This document shows, piece by piece, positions 1 to 9,146 of a DNA stretch of 21,052 nucleotides (the first letter of the stretch is position 1; every line of letters starts with the position of its first letter). The position numbers and the translations under genes are program-made. Origin of the DNA: Gemmatimonadota bacterium. GTDB taxonomy: Bacteria > Gemmatimonadota > Gemmatimonadetes > Gemmatimonadales > GWC2-71-9. The stretch is taken from positions 1-21,052 of the forward strand of contig JBDHAB010000046.1 of NCBI GenBank assembly GCA_039588295.1, read 5' to 3'. The notes beneath the pieces were generated by a model. It saw only the letters and a list, made by a program, of their open reading frames with translations, was not told the DNA's origin and made no database searches.

Positions 1-723
1 GCAACCTCCGACCGGCGCGGTCGCTTCGCACTCGCGGGCCGTGGAACGGTCTTCCTAGATGAGATCGGCGACACCACGCCCGAGTTTCAGAGCAAGCTGC
101 TCCGCGTCTTGCAGGAACACGAGTACTATCCCGTGGGCGCGGAGCGGGCTGAGCAGACCGCTGCGCGCGTGATCGCCGCCACGCACCAGGATCTGGAACG
201 ACTGGTAGCGAAGGGAAGATTCCGAGAGGATCTCTACTACCGTCTGCGCGTCGTGGAGATCGAGGTTCCGCCGCTCCGTGAGCGGATGAGCGATCTGCCG
301 ATCCTAGCTGAGCACTTTGTGGCAAAGGCCGCGGTGGCCGCAGACGCGCGGCGACCGGTTATGGCCTCGGACACGGTCGACAAGCTGATGCAGCATGACT
401 GGCGCGGAAACGTACGCGAGCTGGAGAACTGCCTTACCCGCGCCGCGGTGTTGGCGACCGGTGACGTGATCAGGCCGGAACACGTGGAGCTGGGAGCGCC
501 CGTCGGTGAGAGAGGTGTGCGACTCACCACGCTGGAGGAGGCGGAACGCGACCACATTGCGCATGTGCTTGAGGCGACGCAGGGCCACAAGTCTCGTGCG
601 GCAGAGATACTGGCGATCTCGCGCCCGCGCCTCGATCGACTGATCGAGAAACATGATCTCGGTCCGTTGATTCCACGGCGCGGCGAAACGGCGCTGGGTT
701 CCGGCTCCGACCCTGCCGAGTAG
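1..723 (+). CDS. sigma54-dependent transcriptional activator (NtrC/AtoC family), C-terminal part; 5' end outside window
   Basis: Frame open from base 1: ATSDRRGRFALAGRGTVFLDEIG (Walker B)...QSKLLRVLQE, RVIAATHQDL, GRFREDLYYRL, WRGNVRELEN, and C-terminal Fis-type HTH (KSRAAEILAISRPRL). Confidence 0.95.
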   Translation, partial: ATSDRRGRFALAGRGTVFLDEIGDTTPEFQSKLLRVLQEHEYYPVGAERAEQTAARVIAATHQDLERLVAKGRFREDLYYRLRVVEIEVPPLRERMSDLPILAEHFVAKAAVAADARRPVMASDTVDKLMQHDWRGNVRELENCLTRAAVLATGDVIRPEHVELGAPVGERGVRLTTLEEAERDHIAHVLEATQGHKSRAAEILAISRPRLDRLIEKHDLGPLIPRRGETALGSGSDPAE

Positions 724-736
724 CCGAATTCATCCT

Positions 737-2383
737 ATGATGCCGCTATCGCTTCGCGCCCGGATCCTGCTCCTCGTGCTGGCGGTGGCAGTGGTGCCGC
801 TCGGCCTCCTGGGACTCTGGCTCACCCGGACGGCTGCCAACTCAGGTGAGGAACTGCTACGTGCGCGGCTCGATGACGCTCTTGAGGAGACGACCTCCCG
901 GATCACCACGCGCTGGGTGCAGCAACGCTTCGATCTACTGTTTCTTACCGAAGAGGTTTCCGTCCACCAAGCGCTGCGAGAAGGAAGCGGTTCGGCGGTC
1001 CCTTCGGCCCTGCAACAGCGATTTGATGCACTGGATCCCGGCGTCGTGACGGTGACGGTGCTGGATCGGGAGGGCGCGGCGGTATGGACGTTGACGCGAA
1101 CGGCGAGCGCAGATAGAGCGATCGATGGCTCCGGTGGTCATGTCACGGCCAGCCTCCCCATCCGCGATCGCCTCTCCGGAGAACTCCTCGGAACACTTGC
1201 CGCAGGCCTTCAAGCGGAGGTTCTGCTACCCCCCGGATCGGTTGCTCCCACCGCGGCCGGCATGGTGGTGGGTCTGTTTGAGTCCGCCTCGGGTGTAGCT
1301 CTCCTGCCGTTGCCCTTCGATGCAGCTTTGCCTGCTGAGGACCGCTTCGTCTGGGGCGGCGACGAGTGGCTCAGCGTTAGTAGGACGTTTCTCGAGCCGC
1401 CCGTCGATCTCGCCCTCGCCGCACCCCTCACGCCGTTCGTCCAGCCCTTCGAGGACGCGGCGCGCAGAGGGGCCTGGCTGTTGCTGATCGTCGCCGTGGC
1501 CGGGGTCGCGTTGGCGGCGTTACTCACCGGTCGCATGACCCGCTCGCTGCGCCAGCTCACGGCTGCGGCCGCGGCCGTGAGTCACGGGGATCTCGAGCAG
1601 CGGGTGGAAAGGGCGGGCAGCGACGAGGTGGGACAGGTCGCCCGCGCCTTCAACACGATGACCGAGAGCCTTGGGCGAACCTTAGGCGAACTAGCCAACC
1701 GGGAATCTTTGGCTGCCGTCGGCGAGTTTGCTGCTTCGCTCGCCCACGAGATACGCAATCCTCTTACAGCTATCCGTGTCGACCTGCAGAGAGTGGAAGA
1801 GCGTTTGCCAAGAGACTCCGAACTGCGGGAACCGCTCGAATGCGCGCTGGCTGAGATCGTGCGCCTGAACCTGACGGTCAAAGACACGCTCGAGCTCGCC
1901 CGCCGCGGGCGAGCGGGCCCCGAGTTGGTCGACCTGTCGAGTCCGCTGAGCGCCGCGGCACACGCCGCCCGTCCCGAGTTCGCGGCGCGCGGCGCGGTAC
2001 TGACGGAGCGACGCGTGCCGGAGCCCCTGACTGTGCGGGGGGAAGCCGGCGCGTTGGAGCAGCTTTTCCTCAACGTCCTGCAGAACGCGGCCCAGGCACT
2101 CGAGGCGGAGGGCAAAGCCGAGGTCAGGGTCCGCCGCGACCGCGAGTCGGCCGTCGTGACTGTCCAGGACGAAGGCGTAGGGATTCCGGACGAAGTACTC
2201 GAGCGAGTTTTCGATCCGCTGTTCTCCACTAAGGAAGGCGGGACCGGTCTCGGTCTCACCATCGCACGCCGCATCGCACGAGCTGCCGGCGGTGACATTC
2301 ATGTGGAGAGCACCGGGGGCAAGGGGACCACCGTCGAGATTCACCTTCCGCTTGCCGCCGCCCCACACGGCAGCGCCCTGTAA
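737..2383 (+). CDS. membrane sensor histidine kinase with HAMP domain
   Basis: Two hydrophobic TM segments, HAMP (GSDEVGQVARAFNTM), H-box LAHEIRNPL, N-box NVLQNAAQA, G1 DEGVGIP, F-box FDPLFSTK, G2 GTGLGL; directly follows the sigma54 activator. Confidence 0.95.
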   Translation: MMPLSLRARILLLVLAVAVVPLGLLGLWLTRTAANSGEELLRARLDDALEETTSRITTRWVQQRFDLLFLTEEVSVHQALREGSGSAVPSALQQRFDALDPGVVTVTVLDREGAAVWTLTRTASADRAIDGSGGHVTASLPIRDRLSGELLGTLAAGLQAEVLLPPGSVAPTAAGMVVGLFESASGVALLPLPFDAALPAEDRFVWGGDEWLSVSRTFLEPPVDLALAAPLTPFVQPFEDAARRGAWLLLIVAVAGVALAALLTGRMTRSLRQLTAAAAAVSHGDLEQRVERAGSDEVGQVARAFNTMTESLGRTLGELANRESLAAVGEFAASLAHEIRNPLTAIRVDLQRVEERLPRDSELREPLECALAEIVRLNLTVKDTLELARRGRAGPELVDLSSPLSAAAHAARPEFAARGAVLTERRVPEPLTVRGEAGALEQLFLNVLQNAAQALEAEGKAEVRVRRDRESAVVTVQDEGVGIPDEVLERVFDPLFSTKEGGTGLGLTIARRIARAAGGDIHVESTGGKGTTVEIHLPLAAAPHGSAL

Positions 2384-2398
2384 CAAGAAGGCCCGGAT

Positions 2399-2415
2399 TG
2401 TAACGGCTTGATACA
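2399..2415 (+). promoter_or_regulatory. candidate upstream activator site (TGTAAC-N5-GATACA imperfect palindrome)
   Basis: TGT-N11-ACA dyad about 80-95 bp upstream of a -24/-12-like motif; a second TGTAAC lies at 2379. Confidence 0.35.
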
Positions 2416-2492
2416 GTGATCTGCATCCTACACGGTCGCCCGACCGGGCGAATCCGTAGCAACCAACCAGAAAAGCGCTCGTCACCTCACGG

Positions 2493-2508
2493 CGGTACGC
2501 TCCTTGAC
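2493..2508 (+). promoter_or_regulatory. putative sigma54 (-24/-12) promoter
   Basis: CGGTACGCTCCTTGAC vs consensus TGGCACG-N4-TTGC: correct GG-N10 spacing but GA instead of GC at -12. Lies 50 bp upstream of the ATG at 2559, next to a sigma54 activator gene. Confidence 0.45.
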
Positions 2509-2558
2509 CTGTGGCCGGGCGACTAGGTGGCACCACGCCCAGCCCGGAGGAGGGAGCC

Positions 2559-4466
2559 ATGAAGATTCCGATCGCAGCACTATCGATCCTGCTACTCGCT
2601 TTTGCCCCCCTAGGCTTCGGACCCGACTCGGCGGGATCGGTGTGGGTGGGAGCGGCAGCGGTGCAGGCACAAACCGAGGCCGCCGCCCAAGCGGAACAGG
2701 GTCTGATTCTCCGCCGCGTCTGGACCGGGACCGAGCCCGATTTCTACGCCTCTTCCCCGTCGCCCGACGGCCGCTACCTGACCGAGATCGATTGGGCGAC
2801 AGGGAACCTCGCGGTCCTCGATCTCCTATCAGGTGAGTTGCGTCAGGTGACCAAGGGCGGGTCATGGACGGATTCCCTGGCGTGGGCAGAATCCTCGGTG
2901 TTCTCCCCCGACGGTTCCCAGATTGCCTACGCTTGGTTCAGTCCAGGGAAGGTCGGCTACGAAATCTGGGCCATAAACGCCGACGGAACGCATCCGCACG
3001 TCCTCCTGCCCCAGCACGAAGATCGCGCCTACTTCCTCATCGACGATTGGTCATCCGACGGAAGGCACCTCCTCGTGCAGAGCGTCGGCGTGGAAGGGAT
3101 TGAGCTTGCGCTGGTCTCGACCAGCGACCGCTCGATGCGGGTGCTCAAGAGTCTGGGGTCGGAATACACATCGCTGGCCGCGTTCTCACCCGACGACCGG
3201 TACGTGGCGTACACACATCCGTCCCGGGATGGTTCCAAGGATAGCGATATCTTCGCGATTTCGGTGGCCGACGGGCGTGAATTCAGGCTGCTGGGAGGTC
3301 CGAGTGACGACCGGCTTATGGGATGGACGCCCGACGGCAAGAGTATGCTCTTCTACAGCGATCGGGAGGTCACGCAGGGTATCTGGCGCCTGCCCATCGG
3401 ACGGGACCTGGCCGCGGGTGAGCCCGAGCTACTGAGAGCCGATGTGTGGAGGCTGCTCCCGCTCGGTTTCTCCCGAGAGGCGTATTTCTACGGGGTGCCA
3501 ATTGAGCAACCGCAAGTCTACACCGGCGCCGTCGATGTCGCTGCCGGCCGCTTCCTCAGGTCGCCGACGCCGGTTCAGGACGTTTCCGCAGGTAGGAGCA
3601 TGGCCGGTGACTGGTCGCCCGACGGAAAGTACCTGGCGTACGTCACCAACGACCCGTTGACCCAGAGCTGGCGGCTGGTAGTTAGGCCGGTCACGGGGGA
3701 CGGCACGCGCGAGATTCCGCTGGAGCTGCGGAGTGTGAGAAAGGTCCGTTGGGCAACGGATAGCAGGACCTTGATGATCGTTGGGACGGCCCCTGAGCTG
3801 CGCGACGCACTGGTCCGCGTCGATCTTGCCACGGGCAGGCTCGAGCGACTGTTGTGCTTCACCTTCGGGTTGATGGATCTCGACGCTTGCTCAGTGCCCA
3901 CCATCGAAGGGGATCCGCGATACTTGGAGTTCTCCCCCGACGGAAGGACGCTCTACTTCGCGCGCGGAAACCCCATAATGGGTGAGGCGCAGATCGCCGC
4001 GCGCGACATGAGCAGCGGCGTGGAGCGGGAGATCGCTGCGGTCCGCTCGCTCTTCAGCCTCTCCGTCTCGCCCGACGGACACACCCTCGCGATGGTCGAC
4101 GCAGATCGCTCCACCGGGGTAAGCCGCCTGCTAACGGTTCCTACCGCGGGTGGCGAGGTACGGGAGTTGTACCGCGCCGATTCCGCAGGTGCGTTCGAGT
4201 TTGCGTCGGGAACTCCCTGGACCTCGGACGGCCGTCACATCCTCTTCATCAGTGAAGACGGTGTCGCGTGGAAGATCTCCAGCGCGGGAGGAGAGCCGCA
4301 ACGGCTGGTCGAGTTGCCTGGCTCTTACGATTTCAGACATTTCCGCTTGCACCCCGACGGTTCTCGTATCACCTACGACTCCGGTGAGTTGAAGGCCGAG
4401 ATCTGGATGATCCAGAACATCCCGGGTGTGGACCAGACGAGCGGATCTCAGGAGGAGCACCGATGA
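2559..4466 (+). CDS. secreted TolB-like / PD40 (WD40-like) beta-propeller repeat protein
   Basis: GGAGG RBS before ATG 2559; signal peptide (MKIPIAALSILLLAF...AVQAQ); many (W/F)SPDG-type repeats throughout. Confidence 0.85.
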   Translation: MKIPIAALSILLLAFAPLGFGPDSAGSVWVGAAAVQAQTEAAAQAEQGLILRRVWTGTEPDFYASSPSPDGRYLTEIDWATGNLAVLDLLSGELRQVTKGGSWTDSLAWAESSVFSPDGSQIAYAWFSPGKVGYEIWAINADGTHPHVLLPQHEDRAYFLIDDWSSDGRHLLVQSVGVEGIELALVSTSDRSMRVLKSLGSEYTSLAAFSPDDRYVAYTHPSRDGSKDSDIFAISVADGREFRLLGGPSDDRLMGWTPDGKSMLFYSDREVTQGIWRLPIGRDLAAGEPELLRADVWRLLPLGFSREAYFYGVPIEQPQVYTGAVDVAAGRFLRSPTPVQDVSAGRSMAGDWSPDGKYLAYVTNDPLTQSWRLVVRPVTGDGTREIPLELRSVRKVRWATDSRTLMIVGTAPELRDALVRVDLATGRLERLLCFTFGLMDLDACSVPTIEGDPRYLEFSPDGRTLYFARGNPIMGEAQIAARDMSSGVEREIAAVRSLFSLSVSPDGHTLAMVDADRSTGVSRLLTVPTAGGEVRELYRADSAGAFEFASGTPWTSDGRHILFISEDGVAWKISSAGGEPQRLVELPGSYDFRHFRLHPDGSRITYDSGELKAEIWMIQNIPGVDQTSGSQEEHR

Positions 4467-5104
4467 TCAAGTCACGCTGCAGCATCGTCATCGGCCGTTG
4501 GACCGGCGTGCTGCTGTGCTCTGCATTGGCTGCATGTGGTGACGTAGGCTCTTCGATCACCTCGTCGACCCCTACGGCCGCAAAGGTCAAGCCTCCGGCA
4601 CCGCGTCCAAAGGAGGTGACCGTTTACCCAATGGCGATTACGCTCGAGGATGGGACGGGCGATGTGGTTCTCAGCGACGGGGCGGGGGCCTACGTGCACG
4701 GCGAGGGTGCCATTGTCCATTTGGCGGACTTGGAGCCCCAGCACGATCAAATGGCGGTCAAGAGTGGGCCGGGTTCCGACTCGCGTAACGGTCGGATCGC
4801 TCTGGCCGGGCTCGACGAGCTTTGCGGGAACTTTCAGCTGAGAGTGTACTCCACGAGCGAGTTCCTCGACCTGCCGGTGGGTAACTCGATGCTCGGCACT
4901 GGAACGGTGATGTGTCGTCTTCGGGGCGCCGGCAAGAAGGATGTATACCAGATCGAAATCGGCGAATGCATTGCGATCTACCGGATCGCACAAGATGCTT
5001 GGCGTGTGGTGTCCGAAGCAGGGTGCGTTGGTCGACTCGAACGGTTCAAGGAGACGATCGGATACTATGAAGTGCCGTTCGCCTTCGTGGGCGCTCTGAA
5101 CTGA
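4463..5104 (+). CDS. hypothetical lipoprotein
   Basis: ATGA overlap with upstream stop, GGAG RBS, lipobox LAAC followed by a Ser/Thr/Pro linker; no recognisable domain. Confidence 0.7.
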   Translation: MIKSRCSIVIGRWTGVLLCSALAACGDVGSSITSSTPTAAKVKPPAPRPKEVTVYPMAITLEDGTGDVVLSDGAGAYVHGEGAIVHLADLEPQHDQMAVKSGPGSDSRNGRIALAGLDELCGNFQLRVYSTSEFLDLPVGNSMLGTGTVMCRLRGAGKKDVYQIEIGECIAIYRIAQDAWRVVSEAGCVGRLERFKETIGYYEVPFAFVGALN

Positions 5105-5155
5105 AGCTCACCGGCCAAACCGAGACTGTCATTGGCCAAGACTCGCCGAACGACT

Positions 5156-5188
5156 AAGCCCCACAGTACCTAACTTACTGTGGGGCTT
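5156..5188. terminator. 13-bp perfect hairpin, possible bidirectional terminator
   Basis: AAGCCCCACAGTA-cctaact-TACTGTGGGGCTT; lies downstream of the + strand lipoprotein gene and of the minus-strand tRNA fragment. Confidence 0.6.
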
Positions 5189-5404
5189 CCACTTCCGATG
5201 CGCCTGGTGCGATTCGTTGCGTTCGCAGACGCGAGTGGCGGTGCGGGGGAATGGGGGCGTCAACGCGCGACCTCTGGCTCCGGAGGAAAACGGTGACGTC
5301 AGTGGGCGTGCACTGGCGTCAGGTTTTCGGGCGCGTTTCGGGTGTTTGGCGTCAATCGGCGTCCGTGAGTGTCCGTGGGCGTCGTTACAGTGTCTGTTAC
5401 AATC
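5156..5404 (-). repeat. tRNA-Arg(CCG) 3'-fragment-containing att-like repeat, copy 1 (complete architecture)
   Basis: Hairpin 5156-5188. Minus strand 5286-5198 reads CCTCCGGAGCCAGAGGTCGCGCGTT[45 nt]CGAATCGCACCAGGCGCAT. GGCGTC-like units at 10-bp period (5295,5305,5315; 5348,5358,5368,5378). GTTACA at 5384 and 5396. Confidence 0.85.
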
Positions 5405-5523
5405 GGACGAAGACGCGGCATCAAGAGGAGATCGATGCAGACGTAGTGCAGATCCTGCATGCGCGTGGCAAGGATGACGGACGGCCATTAATAACTACAC
5501 CTACTACACAATCCCGACCGCAT

Positions 5524-5552
5524 TTGCCGTGATGCGGGCTGCAGAGTATAGT
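5524..5552 (+). promoter_or_regulatory. sigma70-like promoter
   Basis: TTGCCG-N17-TATAGT, followed by GGGAGG RBS and the DUF362 start. Confidence 0.6.
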
Positions 5553-5580
5553 GGGCCAGTAGCGGGAGGTGGTGCGCGCA

Positions 5581-6534
5581 ATGGAGCGACGTGAGTTCCT
5601 CAGGCGAACCGGTCCGGCTGTGGCAGTGGCGGCCGCGACGGGCGCCACCGGGCTGCTGTTCCATAACCGGCAGACGGCGCGCCGTCGAACCGTCATCTCC
5701 AAGATCACCAGCTTCGAAATCCCCGTCGATCCGACGCTACCCGGGCTGTCACTGGCACGGAATCCCGATCCGGTGCGTGCGCTGAACACGGCGCTGGACG
5801 CCATCGGTGGGATCACCCGCTTCGTCCACGCCGGCGAGCGGGTGACACTCAAGCCGAACGTCGGATGGGATCGCACACCCGCACAGGGGGCGAACACGCA
5901 TCCCGCTCTCGTCGCAGAAATGACGCGGCTGTGTCTCGATGCCGGCGCCATCGAAGTCACGGTGACCGACGTCAGCTGCAACGATCCCCGCCGCTCGTTT
6001 CTGCGATCCGGCGTCCGCGAAGCCGCCGAACGAGCCGGCGCCCGCGTCATTCTCCCGGTGGATTCGGATTACGTGGACGTGCGGCTCGGCGGCGCCCTGC
6101 TCACGACGTGGCCGGTGCTCAAGCACTTCGTCGAGACCGATCGCCTCATCAACATGCCGATCGTCAAGCAGCACTCGTTGTCCCGCTGCACCATCGCCAT
6201 GAAGAACTTCTTCGGCATCCTCGGCGGTCGCCGAAACCAGCTGCATCAGGACATCGATCAGTCCATCGTCGACCTTGCCGCGTTCGTCCGACCCACACTC
6301 ACGGTCGTGGACGCCACGCGCGTGCTCCTGCGAGGCGGCCCGCAGGGTGGATCGCTCGACGACGTGTCGATCGAAGATACGGTCATGTGCGCCACCGACC
6401 AGGTTGCTGCCGACGCCAGAGGAGCCGAGTTCCTCGGTCTCCAGGCACGCCAGGTCGGCCACATCGTGCTGGCGGACCGGTCGGGGTTGGGGACCATGCA
6501 CTACCGAGCCGCCGGATACAGCGAGACTACCTGA
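5581..6534 (+). CDS. DUF362 domain protein with twin-arginine-like signal
   Basis: MERREFL+hydrophobic N-terminus; V-x-LKPN...ANTHP, LINMPIVKQH, IAMKNFFG, LHQ, VVDA, DQVAADA motifs typical of DUF362. Alternative GTG starts at 5569/5572. Confidence 0.85.
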   Translation: MERREFLRRTGPAVAVAAATGATGLLFHNRQTARRRTVISKITSFEIPVDPTLPGLSLARNPDPVRALNTALDAIGGITRFVHAGERVTLKPNVGWDRTPAQGANTHPALVAEMTRLCLDAGAIEVTVTDVSCNDPRRSFLRSGVREAAERAGARVILPVDSDYVDVRLGGALLTTWPVLKHFVETDRLINMPIVKQHSLSRCTIAMKNFFGILGGRRNQLHQDIDQSIVDLAAFVRPTLTVVDATRVLLRGGPQGGSLDDVSIEDTVMCATDQVAADARGAEFLGLQARQVGHIVLADRSGLGTMHYRAAGYSETT

Positions 6535-6550
6535 CCAGCGCCGCTGCCGC

Positions 6551-8215
6551 ATGACCGTCACGACCGTCAGGAATCTGCGCCGCGTCTCACAGGTCGTCTT
6601 CTTCCTCATCTTCGTGTGGCTGGTGCTCAAGACCACGTTCGAGGTCGATTTCAGTCCGGCCGACGTGTCCGAAATCGCGTTGCCGTATCCCGTCTCCATC
6701 GCGCTGCAGTTCGATCCGCTCGCGGCGCTCATGACGCTGCTCGCCAGCGGCACCCTGTACAAAGGACTGCTGTGGTCGCTGGTCATCCTCATCCCGACGA
6801 TCTTTCTGGGTCGGTTCTTCTGCGGCTGGATCTGTCCGCTCGGCAGTCTCAACCACTGGATGTCCGAGTTTCGGTCGGAGCGCAGCGCTCGTCGCGGCAA
6901 GAAGAAGATGGACACCAACCGTTACAGGCCGTACCAGCGGATCAAGTACTACGTGCTCTTCTTCTGCGCGGGTGCCGCCGTCATGGGGAGCCTGCAGGCA
7001 GGACTGCTCGACCCCCTGCCGTTGCTGGCACGATCGATCGGAACGGCGGTGTTGCCCGCGGTCCATGCGCTCTCGCTGTCGGCGGTGACGGCCGCGAACG
7101 ATACGGGCATCGGCCCACTCGCCTGGGTGGCGGCTGCCTTCTACGACGTGCTCAACGCCACACTGCTGAGCTACCGCCCCGCGAACTTCCACGCGATCGT
7201 CGGCATCGCGATCGTCTTTGTGCTCATCCTGCTCCTCAACCGATTCATTACCCGCTTCTGGTGCCGAGCCCTCTGTCCGCTGGGAGCGTTGCTGGGTGTC
7301 TTCTCACGCTTTGCGATCTTCGGTCTGCAAAAGGACGAAGTGTGCTGCACCGAGTGCAATCGGTGTCTGCTCGCCTGCCAAGGAGCCGACAACCCCGACC
7401 TGGGTCGTCGGTGGCGGCAGTCGGAGTGTCACCTGTGCCTCAACTGTCAGGCGGCGTGCCCCGAAGGTTCAATTCGGTTCAGGTTCTTCCCGAGCCGCGA
7501 AGAAACGCAGACCAACCCGGCCGGGACGCCCAAGGTCGATGTGACACGACGCAAGGTGGTCGGCTCGCTGCTCGGTGGGGTGGCCGTGGTGCCGCTCTTT
7601 CGTGCGGGTGATGCCTTCGAGGCCAATCGATCGGCGTTCCTGATCCGGCCACCGGGTTCGATCCCGGAGGAGGACTTCCTCGGTCGCTGCATCCGCTGCG
7701 GGCAGTGCATGCGCGTGTGTCCGAACAATGCGCTGCACCCGACGCTGTTCGAGGGCGGGCTGGAAGGCCTGTGGACACCTATGCTGATCGCCAGGATCGG
7801 CTACTGCGAGCCCACGTGCACGCTGTGCGGCCAGGTGTGTCCGACCGGGGCGATCAGCGAGTTGACACTCACGCGGAAGGTGGGAGACGACGACACGCCT
7901 CCCAACCGGATCGCCACGGCGTTCGTCGATCGCAGTCGCTGCTTGCCGTGGGCGATGGCGATGCCGTGCATCGTCTGCGAAGAATGGTGCCCGACGTCGC
8001 CCAAAGCGATCTACCTCAAAGAGGAGATCGTCTTCGACCGCGAAGGCAATGAGGTGGAGGTTCAGCGACCGCACGTCGATCCGGCGCTGTGCACGGGCTG
8101 CGGCGCGTGTGAGTATGCGTGTCCCGTGCACGACCGCAAGGCCGTCTACATCACGTCGGTCGGCGAGTCCCGCTCGGAGACGAACCAGATCCTGCTCGAG
8201 CGAGATCGCGTGTAG
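6551..8215 (+). CDS. membrane polyferredoxin (NapH/MauN-like membrane domain fused to NapG/MauM-like 4Fe-4S domain)
   Basis: GRFFCGWICPLG and RFWCRALCPLG motifs, multiple TM helices, several CxxCxxCxxxCP clusters, RPPG motif. Confidence 0.9.
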   Translation: MTVTTVRNLRRVSQVVFFLIFVWLVLKTTFEVDFSPADVSEIALPYPVSIALQFDPLAALMTLLASGTLYKGLLWSLVILIPTIFLGRFFCGWICPLGSLNHWMSEFRSERSARRGKKKMDTNRYRPYQRIKYYVLFFCAGAAVMGSLQAGLLDPLPLLARSIGTAVLPAVHALSLSAVTAANDTGIGPLAWVAAAFYDVLNATLLSYRPANFHAIVGIAIVFVLILLLNRFITRFWCRALCPLGALLGVFSRFAIFGLQKDEVCCTECNRCLLACQGADNPDLGRRWRQSECHLCLNCQAACPEGSIRFRFFPSREETQTNPAGTPKVDVTRRKVVGSLLGGVAVVPLFRAGDAFEANRSAFLIRPPGSIPEEDFLGRCIRCGQCMRVCPNNALHPTLFEGGLEGLWTPMLIARIGYCEPTCTLCGQVCPTGAISELTLTRKVGDDDTPPNRIATAFVDRSRCLPWAMAMPCIVCEEWCPTSPKAIYLKEEIVFDREGNEVEVQRPHVDPALCTGCGACEYACPVHDRKAVYITSVGESRSETNQILLERDRV

Positions 8216-8236
8216 GGTGACCGCGCTCGACGTCCG

Positions 8237-9136
8237 TTAGATGAGGGCGTCCTCCTCCCAGCCCAACCGCACCAGATCGATCCGGCTCATGTCGGCGTTG
8301 CCAAGATGGTGCTCGGTGTCCGCCAGGGCGATGTGGTGTGCCGTGGGACGCAGCGGGCGTTCGGCGCCGAACGCCCGCCGTCGCTGTTGTTGAATGATGC
8401 GAAGCCCGACGGCATCGGCGGCGACCGGATCCGTGCTCACGATCAGCCCACGATACGGCCAGACGTAGGCCGAATCGAAGTGATGCGGCCCGATGTTGTG
8501 GTACTGGGGCGTCAGCATTACCAGGATGTTCAGCCGGGTCTTCCCCTTCACGATGGGAAGCTGCCACAGCTTTGCTAGGTCGGCGCACGCATCGGCGTGA
8601 TAGTCCGGCGGGTGATCATAGAACATGATGTAGTTCTTGATGAGACTCCCGACTCCGGACCAGGCATGGGTCCGCATGGGGCGCGAGTTGATCAGAGCCG
8701 TCGTTCGGCGAAAGATGCTCTGCCGCCGCACGTTTCGGTCCCCGATCCCGATCCGGTCGTCGCTCACGCCCGCTGCGTGCAGCCCCTGACGAATGGCGTC
8801 TACAACGTCCGATGGAGTGGGAAGGTAGCGCCACACGTTCGTCTTGATGCCAACGATGTCGTTGGGCTTGATAATCAGCTTCCAACACTCGGAGGGCGTC
8901 TCGAGGCCGAACAACGCCACCATCGCGTCGTTTACCATCCCGTGAACCAACTCGGCGTTGAGCCTACCACCCGACGTCACGACGTCTCGATGGCGGATCA
9001 GCACGACTCTGGACGTGGATTGCGTGGCACGAGCCTCACGGGCAACGGCAGGCAGTCCGACGGCACTCCCCACGGCGGCCACGCCAACACCTTTGATGAA
9101 GTCCCGCCGAGTCAGACCCTCTATGGTCTTGCCCAT
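8237..9136 (-). CDS. DUF362-like protein with Tat signal
   Basis: AAGGAG RBS; TRRDFIK signal with AxA; VGIKTN, LINSRPMRTH, IKNY, STDPVAADAVG motifs. Confidence 0.8.
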   Translation of the reverse strand: MGKTIEGLTRRDFIKGVGVAAVGSAVGLPAVAREARATQSTSRVVLIRHRDVVTSGGRLNAELVHGMVNDAMVALFGLETPSECWKLIIKPNDIVGIKTNVWRYLPTPSDVVDAIRQGLHAAGVSDDRIGIGDRNVRRQSIFRRTTALINSRPMRTHAWSGVGSLIKNYIMFYDHPPDYHADACADLAKLWQLPIVKGKTRLNILVMLTPQYHNIGPHHFDSAYVWPYRGLIVSTDPVAADAVGLRIIQQQRRRAFGAERPLRPTAHHIALADTEHHLGNADMSRIDLVRLGWEEDALI

Positions 9137-9146
9137 GGTCCGCTCC

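Noticed and set aside
2394..2406. Exact 13-bp inverted match (CGGATTGTAACGG) to the end of repeat copy 4 (20784-20796) as a fifth copy
   Set aside because: No other part of the repeat is adjacent; equally explained as an activator site or chance.
5295..5401. CRISPR array or iterons
   Set aside because: Units are 10 bp and degenerate with no unique spacers; no cas or rep genes in the window.
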